Of a DNA stretch of 64,000 nt, positions 49,016 through 59,984 are shown piece after piece; within the stretch, counting starts at the first letter, position 1; every line of letters begins with the position of its first letter. The notes beneath the pieces were generated by a model. It ran no database searches. It saw only the letters and a program-made list of their open reading frames with translations, and had not been told where the DNA came from. The translations under genes and the position numbers were made by a program. This DNA comes from Terriglobia bacterium (GTDB taxonomy: Bacteria; Acidobacteriota; Terriglobia; 20CM-2-55-15), in the NCBI GenBank assembly GCA_965198225.1, contig CBDAOY010000007.1:128001-192000 (forward strand). The letters run 5' to 3'.

Positions 49016-49088
49016 GTGTAGGTGCGGTCTATGACCGCACATCTCGTGGTTCCTCAAGCATTTGTGCGGTCATAGACCGCACCTACAC
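49016..49088. repeat. GTAG-type REP doublet (REPIN)
   Basis: Two inverted GTGTAGGTGCGGTCTATGACCGCAC units. The spacer ATCTCGTGGTTCCTCAAGCATTT resembles that of the 26684 copy. Confidence 0.9.
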
Positions 49089-49099
49089 CCGAGAAGCAG

Positions 49100-50737
<1,638 letters not shown>

Positions 50738-50741
50738 TTTA

Positions 50742-50793
50742 GCGAAATCTCGCAGCCTGGCTACGATATTTCGTAATAATCACGAAATATCGC
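50742..50793. promoter_or_regulatory. Three palindromic operator/UAS boxes (CGAAATWTCG-like)
   Basis: GCGAAATCTCGC (50742-53), TACGATATTTCGTA (50762-75) and ACGAAATATCGC (50782-93), followed by an AT-rich IHF-like tract at 50812-50845. Confidence 0.65.
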
Positions 50794-50943
50794 ACCCCTT
50801 CGATGGCCCGATTTCATTTTAACTTACTTATATTTAATGCTTTACGGCTTTGGTTCCTATGGACGCCGGCGTGTACCAGAAACACCAAGGCAAATGGAAA
50901 CGCCAGACAACATTCAACCTTTCAGAAAAAGAGGAGACATGAA

Positions 50944-52713
50944 ATGACATTCACCAACACCACTCGAAAGACGCTCTTGGTTGGACTGATGGCCGTACTC
51001 GCTTTTACGACCCCGGTCCAGGGCCAACTCCCGAATCCGGGAATGGAGATCGACCCGGCAAACACCGCTCTGGTCATCACCGATCCGCAGAACGACTTCC
51101 TGAGCCCCGATGGAGTCACATGGGGCGTTGTCGGCAAGAGCGTGACCGAAAACAACACGGTCGAGAACATCGAGAGCCTGTTGAAGGCCGCCAAGGCGAA
51201 CGACATTCCGGTATTCGTTTCCCCTCATTACTACTACCCCACCGATCACGGCTGGAAGTTCGAGGGGGCTCTCGAAGCCTTCATGCACGCCGTTGGCATG
51301 TTCGACCGCGAAGACGCCCTGAGCCTGGACGGCTTCGAGAACTCTGGTGCCGACTGGCTGGAGCGGTACAAGCCCTACATCAAGGATGGCAAAACCGTCG
51401 TGTCCAGTCCCCACAAGGTGTACGGTCCCGAGACGAACGATCTGATCCTGCAACTCCGCAAGCGCGGTATCGACCGAGTGGTCCTGGCCGGAATGTCGGC
51501 GAACCTCTGCACGGAAAGTCACCTGCGCGAGCTGCTGGAGCAGGGCTTCGAAGTCGCCGTCGTCTCTGACGCGACCGCCGCCGCCCAGGTTCCCGACGGT
51601 GATGGCTACCAGTCCGCGCTCGTCAACTTCCGGTTCATCGCGAACACCGTCTGGACGACCGCCGAAGCGCTCGAAAGGATCGAGCGGACCACAACCGATG
51701 CACGGGCCGCGGCTCAGCCCAGTAGCGCCGCGACATTCGTCCAGACGTCAGGTCGAGAAACGAAACCGGAGATGACCTCCCAGAGCACGTCGGGCCGAAC
51801 CCATCATCGGACGATGGACATCGGCGGTCTGGAGATCTTCTACCGTGAAGCGGGTCCCGTCGAAGCACCGACGGTGCTGCTGTTGCACGGTTTCCCGACC
51901 TCGTCGCATATGTTCCGCAACCTGATCCCGCTTCTCGCGGATCGCTTTCATGTGATCGCACCCGACTACCCGGGTTTCGGCGCAAGCTCGATGCCGACAC
52001 CGCAGGAATTCGACTACACCTTCGACAACCTCGCCGATGTTGTCGATCAGCTCGTCACCAGGTTGGGAATCGAAAAGTACAGCATCTATCTTATGGATTA
52101 CGGCGCCCCCGTCGGCTATCGCCTCGCGGTGCAACATCCCGAACGGGTGCAGGCTCTCATCATCCAGAACGGCAACGCGTACGACGAAGGTCTCCGCGAG
52201 TTCTGGGATCCGATCAAGGCCTACTGGAAGGACCGCACCCCCGAGCAGGGAGAGGCTCTCCGCGACGCTCTCTTGACCCTGGAAGCCACGAAGTGGCAAT
52301 ACACAAACGGGGTTCGCGAGGTGGCGGCGATTTCTCCGGACAACTGGTTCCACGACCAGTTTCTGCTGGAGCGGCCGGGCAACAAAGACATCCAGCTCGA
52401 GTTGTTCTACGATTATGGCTCGAACCCGCCGCTCTACCCGGAATGGCAGGCGTACTTCCGGGAGCACCAACCGCCGGCTCTCATCGTTTGGGGCAAGAAC
52501 GACTACATTTTTCCGTCCGAAGGCGCCTCCCCGTACACACGCGACCTGGATGACGTCGAGCTCCACCTCTTCGACACCGGACACTTCGCCCTGGAGGAAG
52601 ACGGCGCCGCCATAGCGGACCTGATTCGTGACTTCCTCGAACGGAAGGTCGTCGAGCAGGGGACGGATTCGAAACTGGCTTCGACACAAACCGTCGCAAA
52701 GGGACTCCGGTAG
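50944..52713 (+). CDS. Isochorismatase-like cysteine hydrolase fused to an alpha/beta hydrolase (epoxide hydrolase/dehalogenase-like)
   Basis: Signal peptide. [12 protein letters not shown] and [12 protein letters not shown] in the first domain. [43 protein letters not shown] in the second. GAGGAG RBS. Confidence 0.85.
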   Translation: MTFTNTTRKTLLVGLMAVLAFTTPVQGQLPNPGMEIDPANTALVITDPQNDFLSPDGVTWGVVGKSVTENNTVENIESLLKAAKANDIPVFVSPHYYYPTDHGWKFEGALEAFMHAVGMFDREDALSLDGFENSGADWLERYKPYIKDGKTVVSSPHKVYGPETNDLILQLRKRGIDRVVLAGMSANLCTESHLRELLEQGFEVAVVSDATAAAQVPDGDGYQSALVNFRFIANTVWTTAEALERIERTTTDARAAAQPSSAATFVQTSGRETKPEMTSQSTSGRTHHRTMDIGGLEIFYREAGPVEAPTVLLLHGFPTSSHMFRNLIPLLADRFHVIAPDYPGFGASSMPTPQEFDYTFDNLADVVDQLVTRLGIEKYSIYLMDYGAPVGYRLAVQHPERVQALIIQNGNAYDEGLREFWDPIKAYWKDRTPEQGEALRDALLTLEATKWQYTNGVREVAAISPDNWFHDQFLLERPGNKDIQLELFYDYGSNPPLYPEWQAYFREHQPPALIVWGKNDYIFPSEGASPYTRDLDDVELHLFDTGHFALEEDGAAIADLIRDFLERKVVEQGTDSKLASTQTVAKGLR

Positions 52714-53360
52714 TGGCTCGTCCGATCAGCGACATTGCTTTTACACCGGCCGTAAAGGCCGCACAGCAGAAACGCGGCTCGCGGCTCTCTTACTCCCGGA
52801 TGGAACAGCGAGGCGGATGGGCCGGCGTCGTTACTCGCGAACTCGAAGACTTCATCGGCCAACGAGACTCGCTGTACCTGGGGACGGCCAGCGCGGACGG
52901 CCAGCCTTACATCCAGCACCGGGGAGGTCCGCCCGGCTTCCTCAAGGTGCTGGACGAGGAGACACTCGCGCTGGCCGACTTTGCCGGCAACGCCCAGTAC
53001 ATATCGCTGGGTAACCTCAGCGAAAACAACAAGGCGTTCATCTTCCTGATGGACTACTCCAACCGGCGGCGGATCAAGATCTGGGGCGAAGCGGAGTTCG
53101 TGGAGGACGACCCAGAACTGTTGGCCCGGCTGGTCGATTCTGGATACGAGGCGCGGCCTGAACGGGCGCTCGTGTTTCACGTCAGGGCCTGGGACGTCAA
53201 CTGTCCCCAGCACATCCGGCAACGCTTTACGCCCGAAGAGATCGAGCCCACGCTCGAAGCGTTGCGCGCCAGGATCGAGCAACTGGAATCCCGGTTGCAA
53301 GATGCTGGCCTGGACCCGTCGCCCGAGGCGGACGAACCGATAGCCCGGAGGGCAGGTTGA
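52713..53360 (+). CDS. Pyridoxamine-5'-phosphate-oxidase-like FMN-binding protein
   Basis: IAFTPAVKAAQ..RGSR, GQPYIQHRGGPPGFLKVLD, DFAGNAQYISLGNL, NCPQHI, C-terminal coiled coil. Confidence 0.88.
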   Translation: MARPISDIAFTPAVKAAQQKRGSRLSYSRMEQRGGWAGVVTRELEDFIGQRDSLYLGTASADGQPYIQHRGGPPGFLKVLDEETLALADFAGNAQYISLGNLSENNKAFIFLMDYSNRRRIKIWGEAEFVEDDPELLARLVDSGYEARPERALVFHVRAWDVNCPQHIRQRFTPEEIEPTLEALRARIEQLESRLQDAGLDPSPEADEPIARRAG

Positions 53361-53970
53361 ACCGACGCGATACCAATTCCTGATCGACACCTACGAGACG
53401 GAGCGACTCAAGACGCTCAGCGTGTGGAGCATGTTCGAAGACGATGATCTCGGGGTCAGGCCTCACTCCTCCGACCGACGCGGCCGCAGTGTCCGGGAAC
53501 AGATGGTGCACCAGTGCATCAGCGAAGACCTCTGGTTTCGTCAGATCCTTGGCGTCGACATCGAGTTGCCCCCCTTACCGGAAGAGGAGTCGCGTCTTGG
53601 GTTCATCCAGCGTTACGCCGATGACTCCGGCAGGAGGTTGGAGTCGCTCCGCCTTCGAAACGAGACATGGTGGGAGGAACCATCGATGTTCTTCAACGTT
53701 TCGCGGTCGCGAGCCTGGGTGCTTGTGCGGCGCGTTGCGCACACCTCCCACCACCGCGGGCAGCAGATGGCGATGCTGCGAATGCTCAACCGGGATGTCC
53801 ACAGCAACTACGGCCCGACTGCCGACACGGGCGGCCTGATGCAGAACAAGGCGCCGGTGATCTACGCGTATCCCGACCTCGATACCCTGCTCGAGCAGGA
53901 AGCCGGTGCAGCAGGGCTCAAGGCGCCGCTGCCCGGACCGGGGGAGAAGGCGCCGACGGAACGGCCGTGA
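53357..53970 (+). CDS. DinB-family protein (likely frameshift just after the TTG start)
   Basis: EQMVHQC and AHTSHHRGQ metal His motifs. The frame extends upstream of the called GTG (RYQFLIDTYETERLKTLSVW), but the RBS-linked TTG at 53357 is out of frame. Confidence 0.78.
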
Positions 53971-54009
53971 CCGTTCGCGGATTGGTCATGCGATCAACAG
54001 GAGAAGACA

Positions 54010-54339
54010 ATGAGCAGACAGCTAGGACAGTTGACAGACGCGAACTTTGAACTAGAACTCGCTCGAGCCGATCAACCCGTATTGGTCGACTTCTGGGCAG
54101 ACTGGTGTGGGCCTTGCCACGCGGTCGCTCCAACGCTCGAAGAGCTGGAGAAGACGTTTTCTGGTCGCGCAACGATCGCGAAGCTCGACGCCGATCAGAA
54201 CCCGCAGGCCTCTGCACGCTACGGTATACGGTCCATTCCAACGCTGATATTGTTCAAGGCCGGACGCGAACAGGAGCGACTGCTGGGAGCCCAGCCAAAG
54301 AATGCGATATCGGAATTGCTGGAGCGGAACGCGGCTTGA
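54010..54339 (+). CDS. trxA: Thioredoxin
   Basis: VLVDFWADWCGPC, YGIRSIPTLILFK.G. Confidence 0.95.
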   Translation: MSRQLGQLTDANFELELARADQPVLVDFWADWCGPCHAVAPTLEELEKTFSGRATIAKLDADQNPQASARYGIRSIPTLILFKAGREQERLLGAQPKNAISELLERNAA

Positions 54340-54368
54340 AGCTGCCGCGATCCATCGGCGGCATACCT

Positions 54369-54463
54369 GTGCGGTCATAGGCCGCACCTACACCGCGAGA
54401 ATACCGTCGTACAAATGTAGGTGCGGTCTATGACCGCACACTGTTCGACACACGCACCTACAC
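54369..54463. repeat. REP cluster: one inverted REP plus an internally deleted REPIN
   Basis: GTGCGGTCATAGGCCGCACCTACAC (54369-93) and TGTAGGTGCGGTCTATGACCGCAC-ACTGTTCGACACA-CGCACCTACAC (54416-63). Confidence 0.85.
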
Positions 54464-54593
54464 CTGGTCCTGGAGTTTCGCTTGTCTCCGGCATCGAGAC
54501 TTCGTAGGAGGACCGCATACTCTACGCTGAGCGAAAAGCTGCGTGGGTTGGTGGTATCATTGTCGGGCCCTTTCACACGAAACGGACCACACT

Positions 54594-54953
54594 ATGATCG
54601 ACGATGTGAAAGAACTCTTCCAAAGCTTCATCGCCCCTCAGCTCGAGGGTATCAAAGGTGAACTTGTAGCCATCAACGCCAGAATCGACGCCCAGGACGT
54701 GAAGTTTGAAGCGAGGTTTGAAACCCTCGACAGCAAGTTTGAAGCCCTCGACATGAAGTTCGGAACCATTTCTCCGAGAATGGAAGCCTATCGCGGGGAA
54801 CTGCTCGCTCAGATACAGCGTGTGGAAGAAACCTTGTCAGCCGACTTCGTCCGCCTCGAAAGCAAGGTCGACCTCCGTCTGGCTTCGATGGATGAGAAAC
54901 TGGACCTCTTCCGTCGGGAACTGCTGGCGGAGATCAGAGCGTCGAAAAACTAG
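54594..54953 (+). CDS. Small coiled-coil hypothetical protein with heptad repeats
   Basis: MIDDVKELFQSFIAPQLEGIKGEL...KFEARFETLDSKFEALDMKF, with 21-nt DNA repeats. Confidence 0.7.
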   Translation: MIDDVKELFQSFIAPQLEGIKGELVAINARIDAQDVKFEARFETLDSKFEALDMKFGTISPRMEAYRGELLAQIQRVEETLSADFVRLESKVDLRLASMDEKLDLFRRELLAEIRASKN

Positions 54954-54970
54954 GTTCCGTATCGAAAAAC

Positions 54971-54995
54971 GTGCCGTCATAGACCCCACCTACAC
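54971..54995 (-). repeat. Degenerate single REP
   Basis: GTGCCGTCATAGACCCCACCTACAC (two mismatches to consensus). Confidence 0.75.
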
Positions 54996-55015
54996 CTCCC
55001 TCACGAAGGATCCGG

Positions 55016-55804
55016 CTAACCGGAAAGTACCGATTCTTTGGGAACCTTGGCCGGCAACTCTCCGAACTTCCTCTTGTAGTACCGCGTCCAGAAATGCAGT
55101 GCGGGCAATCCGAGGGCGGTCGGCAATATCCAGGGAAGGAACGACCAGGTTCCCTGGATCAATGCGCCGCCGAAGAGAGTCCGCGCACCAAAAACCAGGA
55201 ACGCCGTGTGAAAGGCAATACCCGAACCCACCATGCCGTCCATGTGTCTGTACCACCACGCCATCGGCGTGGGACGGGGGTTCGCGAAGAACTTCCTGTT
55301 CTCGACGAAGTCCGCCACACCGGCCGCACCCAGTGCGACCGGGATCCAGAACATGGCGCTGCCGCCCCGGGCGATATGGTAGGCGCCGAAGACAAACACC
55401 GAGACACTGGCGGACACCTGTGCCAGGTTGAGCGAACGCAGCCGGGTACCGGCAAAGATCTCAGGCTGGCGCTTGGTGCGGACGGCGCGCACGCCGTTCT
55501 CAACACCCTGAAGCAGGAAGATGGCCAGCAGTCCGAGGATGGCGACGAACATGATGTCGTCTGCGGGTATCTGGGACAGCGTGACGGGCTCGCCAACCCA
55601 GCTCGACGGATGAATCAGGACCCACGAGGACGAACCGAGTGCCGTCAGCGCGACAGTGTAGGCGCACAGGCTGAACACCTTGCCGGCAGCGATGTGAACG
55701 CGGCCGCCTTTTGGCGCGAACGCCGGTATCCAGAACGTGGCCAGACCCAGAAAACCCATCGAAATGTGCATCCAGCGCAGCACGCCGTGAATCGTTTCAG
55801 CCAC
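55016..55804 (-). CDS. Multi-TM membrane protein (DUF2306-like)
   Basis: H...G...L..FWIP....KGGRVH...GK.F and WWYRHMDGM.GS.IA.HTAFLVFG. About 6 hydrophobic helices. Confidence 0.72.
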   Translation of the reverse strand: MAETIHGVLRWMHISMGFLGLATFWIPAFAPKGGRVHIAAGKVFSLCAYTVALTALGSSSWVLIHPSSWVGEPVTLSQIPADDIMFVAILGLLAIFLLQGVENGVRAVRTKRQPEIFAGTRLRSLNLAQVSASVSVFVFGAYHIARGGSAMFWIPVALGAAGVADFVENRKFFANPRPTPMAWWYRHMDGMVGSGIAFHTAFLVFGARTLFGGALIQGTWSFLPWILPTALGLPALHFWTRYYKRKFGELPAKVPKESVLSG

Positions 55805-56408
55805 GACGGACCTCCTTCGGTCTCCTCTTCGGTTCCGGGTGTTTCACGTCTCTGGGCTGCCGACGCAATTCGATTCGCCCAAGCGCCTCATCGCACCACT
55901 GAACCTTTGCACGAAGCGAGTGAATGCCCATGCGCACGGCCAGGAAGACGTGAAAGTCCTCGGAGTTCAAATTGTCGAGTTCCGCTGTGTCGTTCCCGGC
56001 AAACTCGGATTCGGCCTGTAGAAGCAGGGCCAGGAATTCGCCGAGGCGAGAGCGCAGGTCGAGCATGAAGTCGGTGGTCGCTTCCAGGTCCTCGAGTTCG
56101 TGCATGAAGCACAACTGGGCCACGTAAGCAAACCGCTCGGTCCCCATCTGCGGCCCGGCCTTCAGCCATTCGATCAGTTCCCCACGCCCTTCCGCGGTCC
56201 TGTGATAGACACGGCGGGGAGGTCCTTTCACGGGAGGCTCGATCCTGCTCCTCAACCACCTCCGGTTTTCGAGCTTCTTCAGGGTGGGATAGATCTGGCT
56301 CAGCTCTGCGGACCAGAAGTGACGGGTGCCCTGGCTGAAATCACTTTTGATGTCGTAACCGCTTGCGGGCTCATGGAGCATTCCCAGCAGGATATGTTCG
56401 AGACTCAT
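55797..56408 (-). CDS. PadR-family regulator with C-terminal dimerisation domain
   Basis: MSLEHILLGML..PASGYDIK..F...HFWSAELSQIYPTLKKLE...PPRRVYHRT.EG..EL.EWL. Confidence 0.92.
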   Translation of the reverse strand: MSLEHILLGMLHEPASGYDIKSDFSQGTRHFWSAELSQIYPTLKKLENRRWLRSRIEPPVKGPPRRVYHRTAEGRGELIEWLKAGPQMGTERFAYVAQLCFMHELEDLEATTDFMLDLRSRLGEFLALLLQAESEFAGNDTAELDNLNSEDFHVFLAVRMGIHSLRAKVQWCDEALGRIELRRQPRDVKHPEPKRRPKEVRRG

Positions 56409-56430
56409 GTTGCATTACCGCCTTGACGCC

Positions 56431-56460
56431 AATCTATGACATAATTTATATAGTTGTCAA
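56431..56460 (-). promoter_or_regulatory. sigma70 promoter of padR-2 with AT-rich operator
   Basis: Minus strand TTGACA-N18-TAGATT about 22 nt before the ATG. Confidence 0.6.
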
Positions 56461-56545
56461 GGAAATCGACCCAAACGGAGGACGTCGACGACGAATTCGT
56501 GAAGTTTGGGGATAGAGCGGGAGGCGCGCCGGAGGCAATCAGTCG

Positions 56546-57616
56546 CTACGAGCGCGCGCGTTTTCGAGCTGCCTGACTGATCTTGTCTCCGATCATCGCG
56601 ATCTTCTGGTCGTGCAGTCGCTTCTCGCTCAGCCAGTACGGGGAGGTGATCTCCTTGAAGGCGTAGATCGCAGCCTGAATTCCCTCGGCCCAGGCGACGG
56701 CGATCAGCTTGATGTCGCCGTGAACGTCGCCCACCGCGAACACGCCGCGCCGGCTGGTCTCGTAATAGGGGTCGATCGCGATGCTGCCATCATCGTTCAG
56801 ACGCACATCCAACCGGCGAAACGTGTCCTTCGCCGAGAGAAAACCGATCTGAACGATGATCCGGTCGACGAGCAGGGACTGGCTATCGGTCAGAGTGAGA
56901 CGGATTCGGTTGTCGGCGAACTCCGCCGCCGATATTTCGCACGACAGGTGCAGGGCTGCACCCGACGACTTGACTCTTGCGAACGTGTCGGCTTTGCCGG
57001 AGGGCTGCGCTCCGCGAACGATGAGATGAACCAGTCCCTCCCGGCCCAGCACAATCACCGCCGCGTCGAGAGCCGAGTCCCCCGCGCCCACAATCGCGAC
57101 ATCCTGCCCTTCGTAGTCTCCGATCTTCGGAACCTTGTAATGCACATTCCTCGAGTTGAGCTGGTCCAGGACGGGAAGCTTGCGGGGGAAGTGCAGCAGC
57201 CCGCACGCGATGATTACCTTCCGGCATTTGTAGACTTCGTTGTTCGTGATCACCTTCCTGAGGGGATCGTCCTTTTCTGTTTCGTCCGTGTCCTCGATGT
57301 CGACCAGTTCCTCGCCGAACCGGAACTGAACCAGAGCGTCGCAGGCCTGGCGATAGACCCGCGACGACAGTTCCTCGCCGCTGATGCCGTCGGGAAATCC
57401 CGGGACGTCGACGATTTTCTTCTCCGGGTAGAGAAACCGCGGCTGCCCACCGGGTTTGTCCTTGGCTTCGATGACAAGAGTCGTCAGGCCGCGGTGTGCC
57501 GTGGTCAGGCTCGCAGCCAAACCCGCTGGACCCGCCCCAATGATGATGACGTCCCAATAGGCCAGGCTGTCGAAGTCGATGTCTTCTTCCAGTTCGGTAA
57601 CATTGAAATCTGCCAT
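56546..57616 (-). CDS. TrxB-like FAD/NADPH oxidoreductase lacking CxxC (ferredoxin-NADP+ reductase type 2 / YumC-like)
   Basis: IIGAGPAGL, GGQP..LYPEK.I.DVPGFP, GAGDSALD, ETS..GVFAVGD. AAGGAGG RBS before ATG 57616. Confidence 0.85.
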   Translation of the reverse strand: MADFNVTELEEDIDFDSLAYWDVIIIGAGPAGLAASLTTAHRGLTTLVIEAKDKPGGQPRFLYPEKKIVDVPGFPDGISGEELSSRVYRQACDALVQFRFGEELVDIEDTDETEKDDPLRKVITNNEVYKCRKVIIACGLLHFPRKLPVLDQLNSRNVHYKVPKIGDYEGQDVAIVGAGDSALDAAVIVLGREGLVHLIVRGAQPSGKADTFARVKSSGAALHLSCEISAAEFADNRIRLTLTDSQSLLVDRIIVQIGFLSAKDTFRRLDVRLNDDGSIAIDPYYETSRRGVFAVGDVHGDIKLIAVAWAEGIQAAIYAFKEITSPYWLSEKRLHDQKIAMIGDKISQAARKRARS

Positions 57617-57818
57617 CGAGGGACCTCCTTCAATCATGATACGCCGAGCATTTGCCGGGCCGTCACCTTTACCCGGCGACGGGGCGGCAGCGCACAGATC
57701 AAACCGATGGTTGGCCGCTTGCGCCCTCTTGTGGTCCAATTCTTCAGCCATCGGGATGGAAGAAGCCCTCGATGTCGCACCTGACTGGAGCAGGACCAAT
57801 AACCCCTCGAGGAAAACA

Positions 57819-59024
57819 ATGGCAGACCTAGACAATAAATCATTCACAACTCGCACTGTTCATGCAGGTGAAAGGCTGGATCTGGAAGGCGTGAATCCGG
57901 TGGTTTCTGCCATTCACCCTTCCGTGGGGTATACCTTTGCAGACTCCAACGATCTGGATGCCGTCCTGGGCAACGAAAAGGCGGGGTACGTGTACTCCAC
58001 ACGGTACGCCAATCCGACCGTTACGGCCTTTGAGACGGCCGTTGCCAATCTGGAGGGAGCCGAAAAAGCTCACGCTTTTTCCTCCGGAATGGCGGCCATT
58101 CACATGTCGTTGTTGGCGGGCGGTGTTCAGGCCGGAACTTCGGTTGTTGCAGCGGCCGATGTGTATGGCGCAACCTACACGCTCCTGCAGGACATTTTCA
58201 CCCTCCTGGGCGCCAGGGTTCACTTTGTCGATGTCCTTGACCTGGAGACCGTGCATCGAACCGTAGTCCAGGAAAAACCGGCCATAGTGCTTGTAGAAAC
58301 GATCTCCAACCCCCTGATGAAGGTTGCCGACCTGCCGCGTCTGGTCGAAATCGCCCATGTAGAGGGCGCGCTTCTTCTGGTCGATAACACGTTCTGCTCC
58401 CCCTATCTGTGCAATCCCATCGCGTTCGGTGCAGATATGGTGATTCACAGTGCGACGAAATCCATTGCCGGTCACGGTGACGTCATGGCCGGTATCGTGG
58501 CGACGACGGCTGCTCTGAAAGAGAAATCCTTTGCCTTGAACAAGCTCGTCGGCAGCAGCATCGGTCCGTTCGAAGCGTGGCTGGCATTGCGAGGTCTCAA
58601 GACCCTGTCTTTGCGCATGCGCCAGCAGTGCGATAACGCGCTCGCGCTGGCGGAATGGCTGGTGGGCCATCCCAGGGTCCAGCATGTCAATTATCCCTTC
58701 CTGCCGGACCATCCCCAGCATGGGCTGGTGCATTCGCTGACTGGGGGCAGGGGAGCCGGCGGAGTGTTCTCATTTGAAATCCTGGGAGCGGGCCGGGAGC
58801 AGATCTTTGCCTTCATGGATGCCCTGGATTTGATCCAGCCGGCCACGTCATTGGGCGACATATATTCGCTGGTGCTCTACCCGGCCATTTCTTCGCATCG
58901 GACACTGACGCCGGAAGAGCGGGGCTCGTTGGGCATCGGAGATGGCCTTGTCCGTATTTCTGCAGGCATTGAAGATGTGGCGGACCTCCAGGCCGATATC
59001 GAGCACGCGCTGTCGGTGGTTTAG
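57819..59024 (+). CDS. PLP-dependent Cys/Met metabolism enzyme (cystathionine gamma-synthase / methionine gamma-lyase family)
   Basis: YSTRYANPT, FSSGMAAI, ETISNP, VDNTF, HSATKSIAGHGD (PLP Lys), SLGD, LVRISAGIED. Confidence 0.92.
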   Translation: MADLDNKSFTTRTVHAGERLDLEGVNPVVSAIHPSVGYTFADSNDLDAVLGNEKAGYVYSTRYANPTVTAFETAVANLEGAEKAHAFSSGMAAIHMSLLAGGVQAGTSVVAAADVYGATYTLLQDIFTLLGARVHFVDVLDLETVHRTVVQEKPAIVLVETISNPLMKVADLPRLVEIAHVEGALLLVDNTFCSPYLCNPIAFGADMVIHSATKSIAGHGDVMAGIVATTAALKEKSFALNKLVGSSIGPFEAWLALRGLKTLSLRMRQQCDNALALAEWLVGHPRVQHVNYPFLPDHPQHGLVHSLTGGRGAGGVFSFEILGAGREQIFAFMDALDLIQPATSLGDIYSLVLYPAISSHRTLTPEERGSLGIGDGLVRISAGIEDVADLQADIEHALSVV

Positions 59025-59033
59025 ACCTGGAGA

Positions 59034-59102
59034 GTGTAGGTGCGGTCTATGACCGCACACTGTTCGAACCGAAACACGTGCGCTCATAGAGCGCACCTAC
59101 AC
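59034..59102. repeat. GTAG-type REP doublet (REPIN)
   Basis: GTGTAGGTGCGGTCTATGACCGCAC-ACTGTTCGAACCGAAACAC-GTGCGCTCATAGAGCGCACCTACAC. Confidence 0.9.
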
Positions 59103-59163
59103 CCGATCAGGGGAGCGCGGTTTGGCCGAGACCGCTCCCCGGCGGCAAGCAGACGAGATTCTT

Positions 59164-59559
59164 TCAATCTTCGGTAGTGATCCGCACCGGGTCCTGAACG
59201 AGCTCGCATTCATCCAGGCTGGAACAGCCGCACCGGATTCCCTCTTCCAGCAAGCGTTTCATTTCGCGGGCCCGGTCGATCATCCGGTCAATCTCGACCA
59301 GCTTCGAGCGTGCCAATTCGGACCACCGTTCCGAGGGGCTCGCATCGGCAGGAAAACCGTAGAACAGCTCTTTGATTTCCTCGACTCTAAAGCCGGCGCG
59401 CTGGGCCACTCCGATTCCCGCCAGCAGCATCAGCACGTCCGGCCCATAGCTTCTCCTTCCGTTGATCCGCATCGGTGGAGGCAGCAGGCCGATGCTTTCA
59501 TAGTATCGGAGCGCAGACGGCCGAAGACCCGCCTTCTCAGCCACTTCGCTTATTCTCAT
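59164..59559 (-). CDS. MerR-family regulator, SoxR-like
   Basis: MRISEVA..AGLRPSALRYYESIGLL...R..GRRSY, with C-terminal CGCSSLDEC. Confidence 0.9.
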   Translation of the reverse strand: MRISEVAEKAGLRPSALRYYESIGLLPPPMRINGRRSYGPDVLMLLAGIGVAQRAGFRVEEIKELFYGFPADASPSERWSELARSKLVEIDRMIDRAREMKRLLEEGIRCGCSSLDECELVQDPVRITTED

Positions 59560-59577
59560 TTTCCGCCGAAAACCTCC

Positions 59578-59608
59578 TTGACTTAAAGTTCACTTTAACT
59601 TCTAGGCT
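59578..59608 (+). promoter_or_regulatory. MerR/SoxR-type promoter with 19-bp spacer and dyad operator
   Basis: TTGACT-N19-TAGGCT with dyad TTAAAGT-TC-ACTTTAA (SoxR-box-like), divergent from the regulator. Confidence 0.82.
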
Positions 59609-59648
59609 ATCACATGAAGTCGATGAATACGGTCGCGAGGAGGCGAAA

Positions 59649-59984
59649 ATGCCGGAGAAGATGAAAGAGACCAAAGGCACCCTTGCCTGCAGACTGAGTT
59701 CCGCGGAGCTTGCCCGAAGGAGCGAGGAGATTTCGAAGCTGCTCGAAGGCTCTCTGGAGTGGAGAGAACGACACGATGGATTTGCCGCGAGCTTTTCCGG
59801 GGATGAGCAAACAGCAAGGCGTCTGCTGGATTTCATATTGATGGAGCGCCGATGCTGCAGCTTTCTCAGCTTCCAACTGAGCTTCGAGCCGGAAATGGGA
59901 TCTATCCGACTCAACCTCGGCGGATCCCGGGAGGCTCGAGACTTCTTAAAGCAGCTGGCAGGCGCCGCCGGGGTGAATCCATGA
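59649..59984 (+). CDS. Small Cys-motif hypothetical protein (LACRL...ERRCCSFL)
   Basis: GAGGAGG RBS. Lies directly downstream of the MerR promoter. Contains a vicinal CC plus an N-terminal Cys. Confidence 0.75.
   Translation: MPEKMKETKGTLACRLSSAELARRSEEISKLLEGSLEWRERHDGFAASFSGDEQTARRLLDFILMERRCCSFLSFQLSFEPEMGSIRLNLGGSREARDFLKQLAGAAGVNP

Noticed and set aside
50846-50880. Canonical sigma54 -24/-12 promoter
   Set aside because: No GG-N10-GC match was found, only a GG-N10-GT variant, so it is not listed as a feature.
57620-57815. Possible SAM/SAH riboswitch ahead of the Cys/Met PLP enzyme
   Set aside because: I could not find the conserved SAM-I or SAH core sequences by eye. An Rfam/Infernal scan would be needed.
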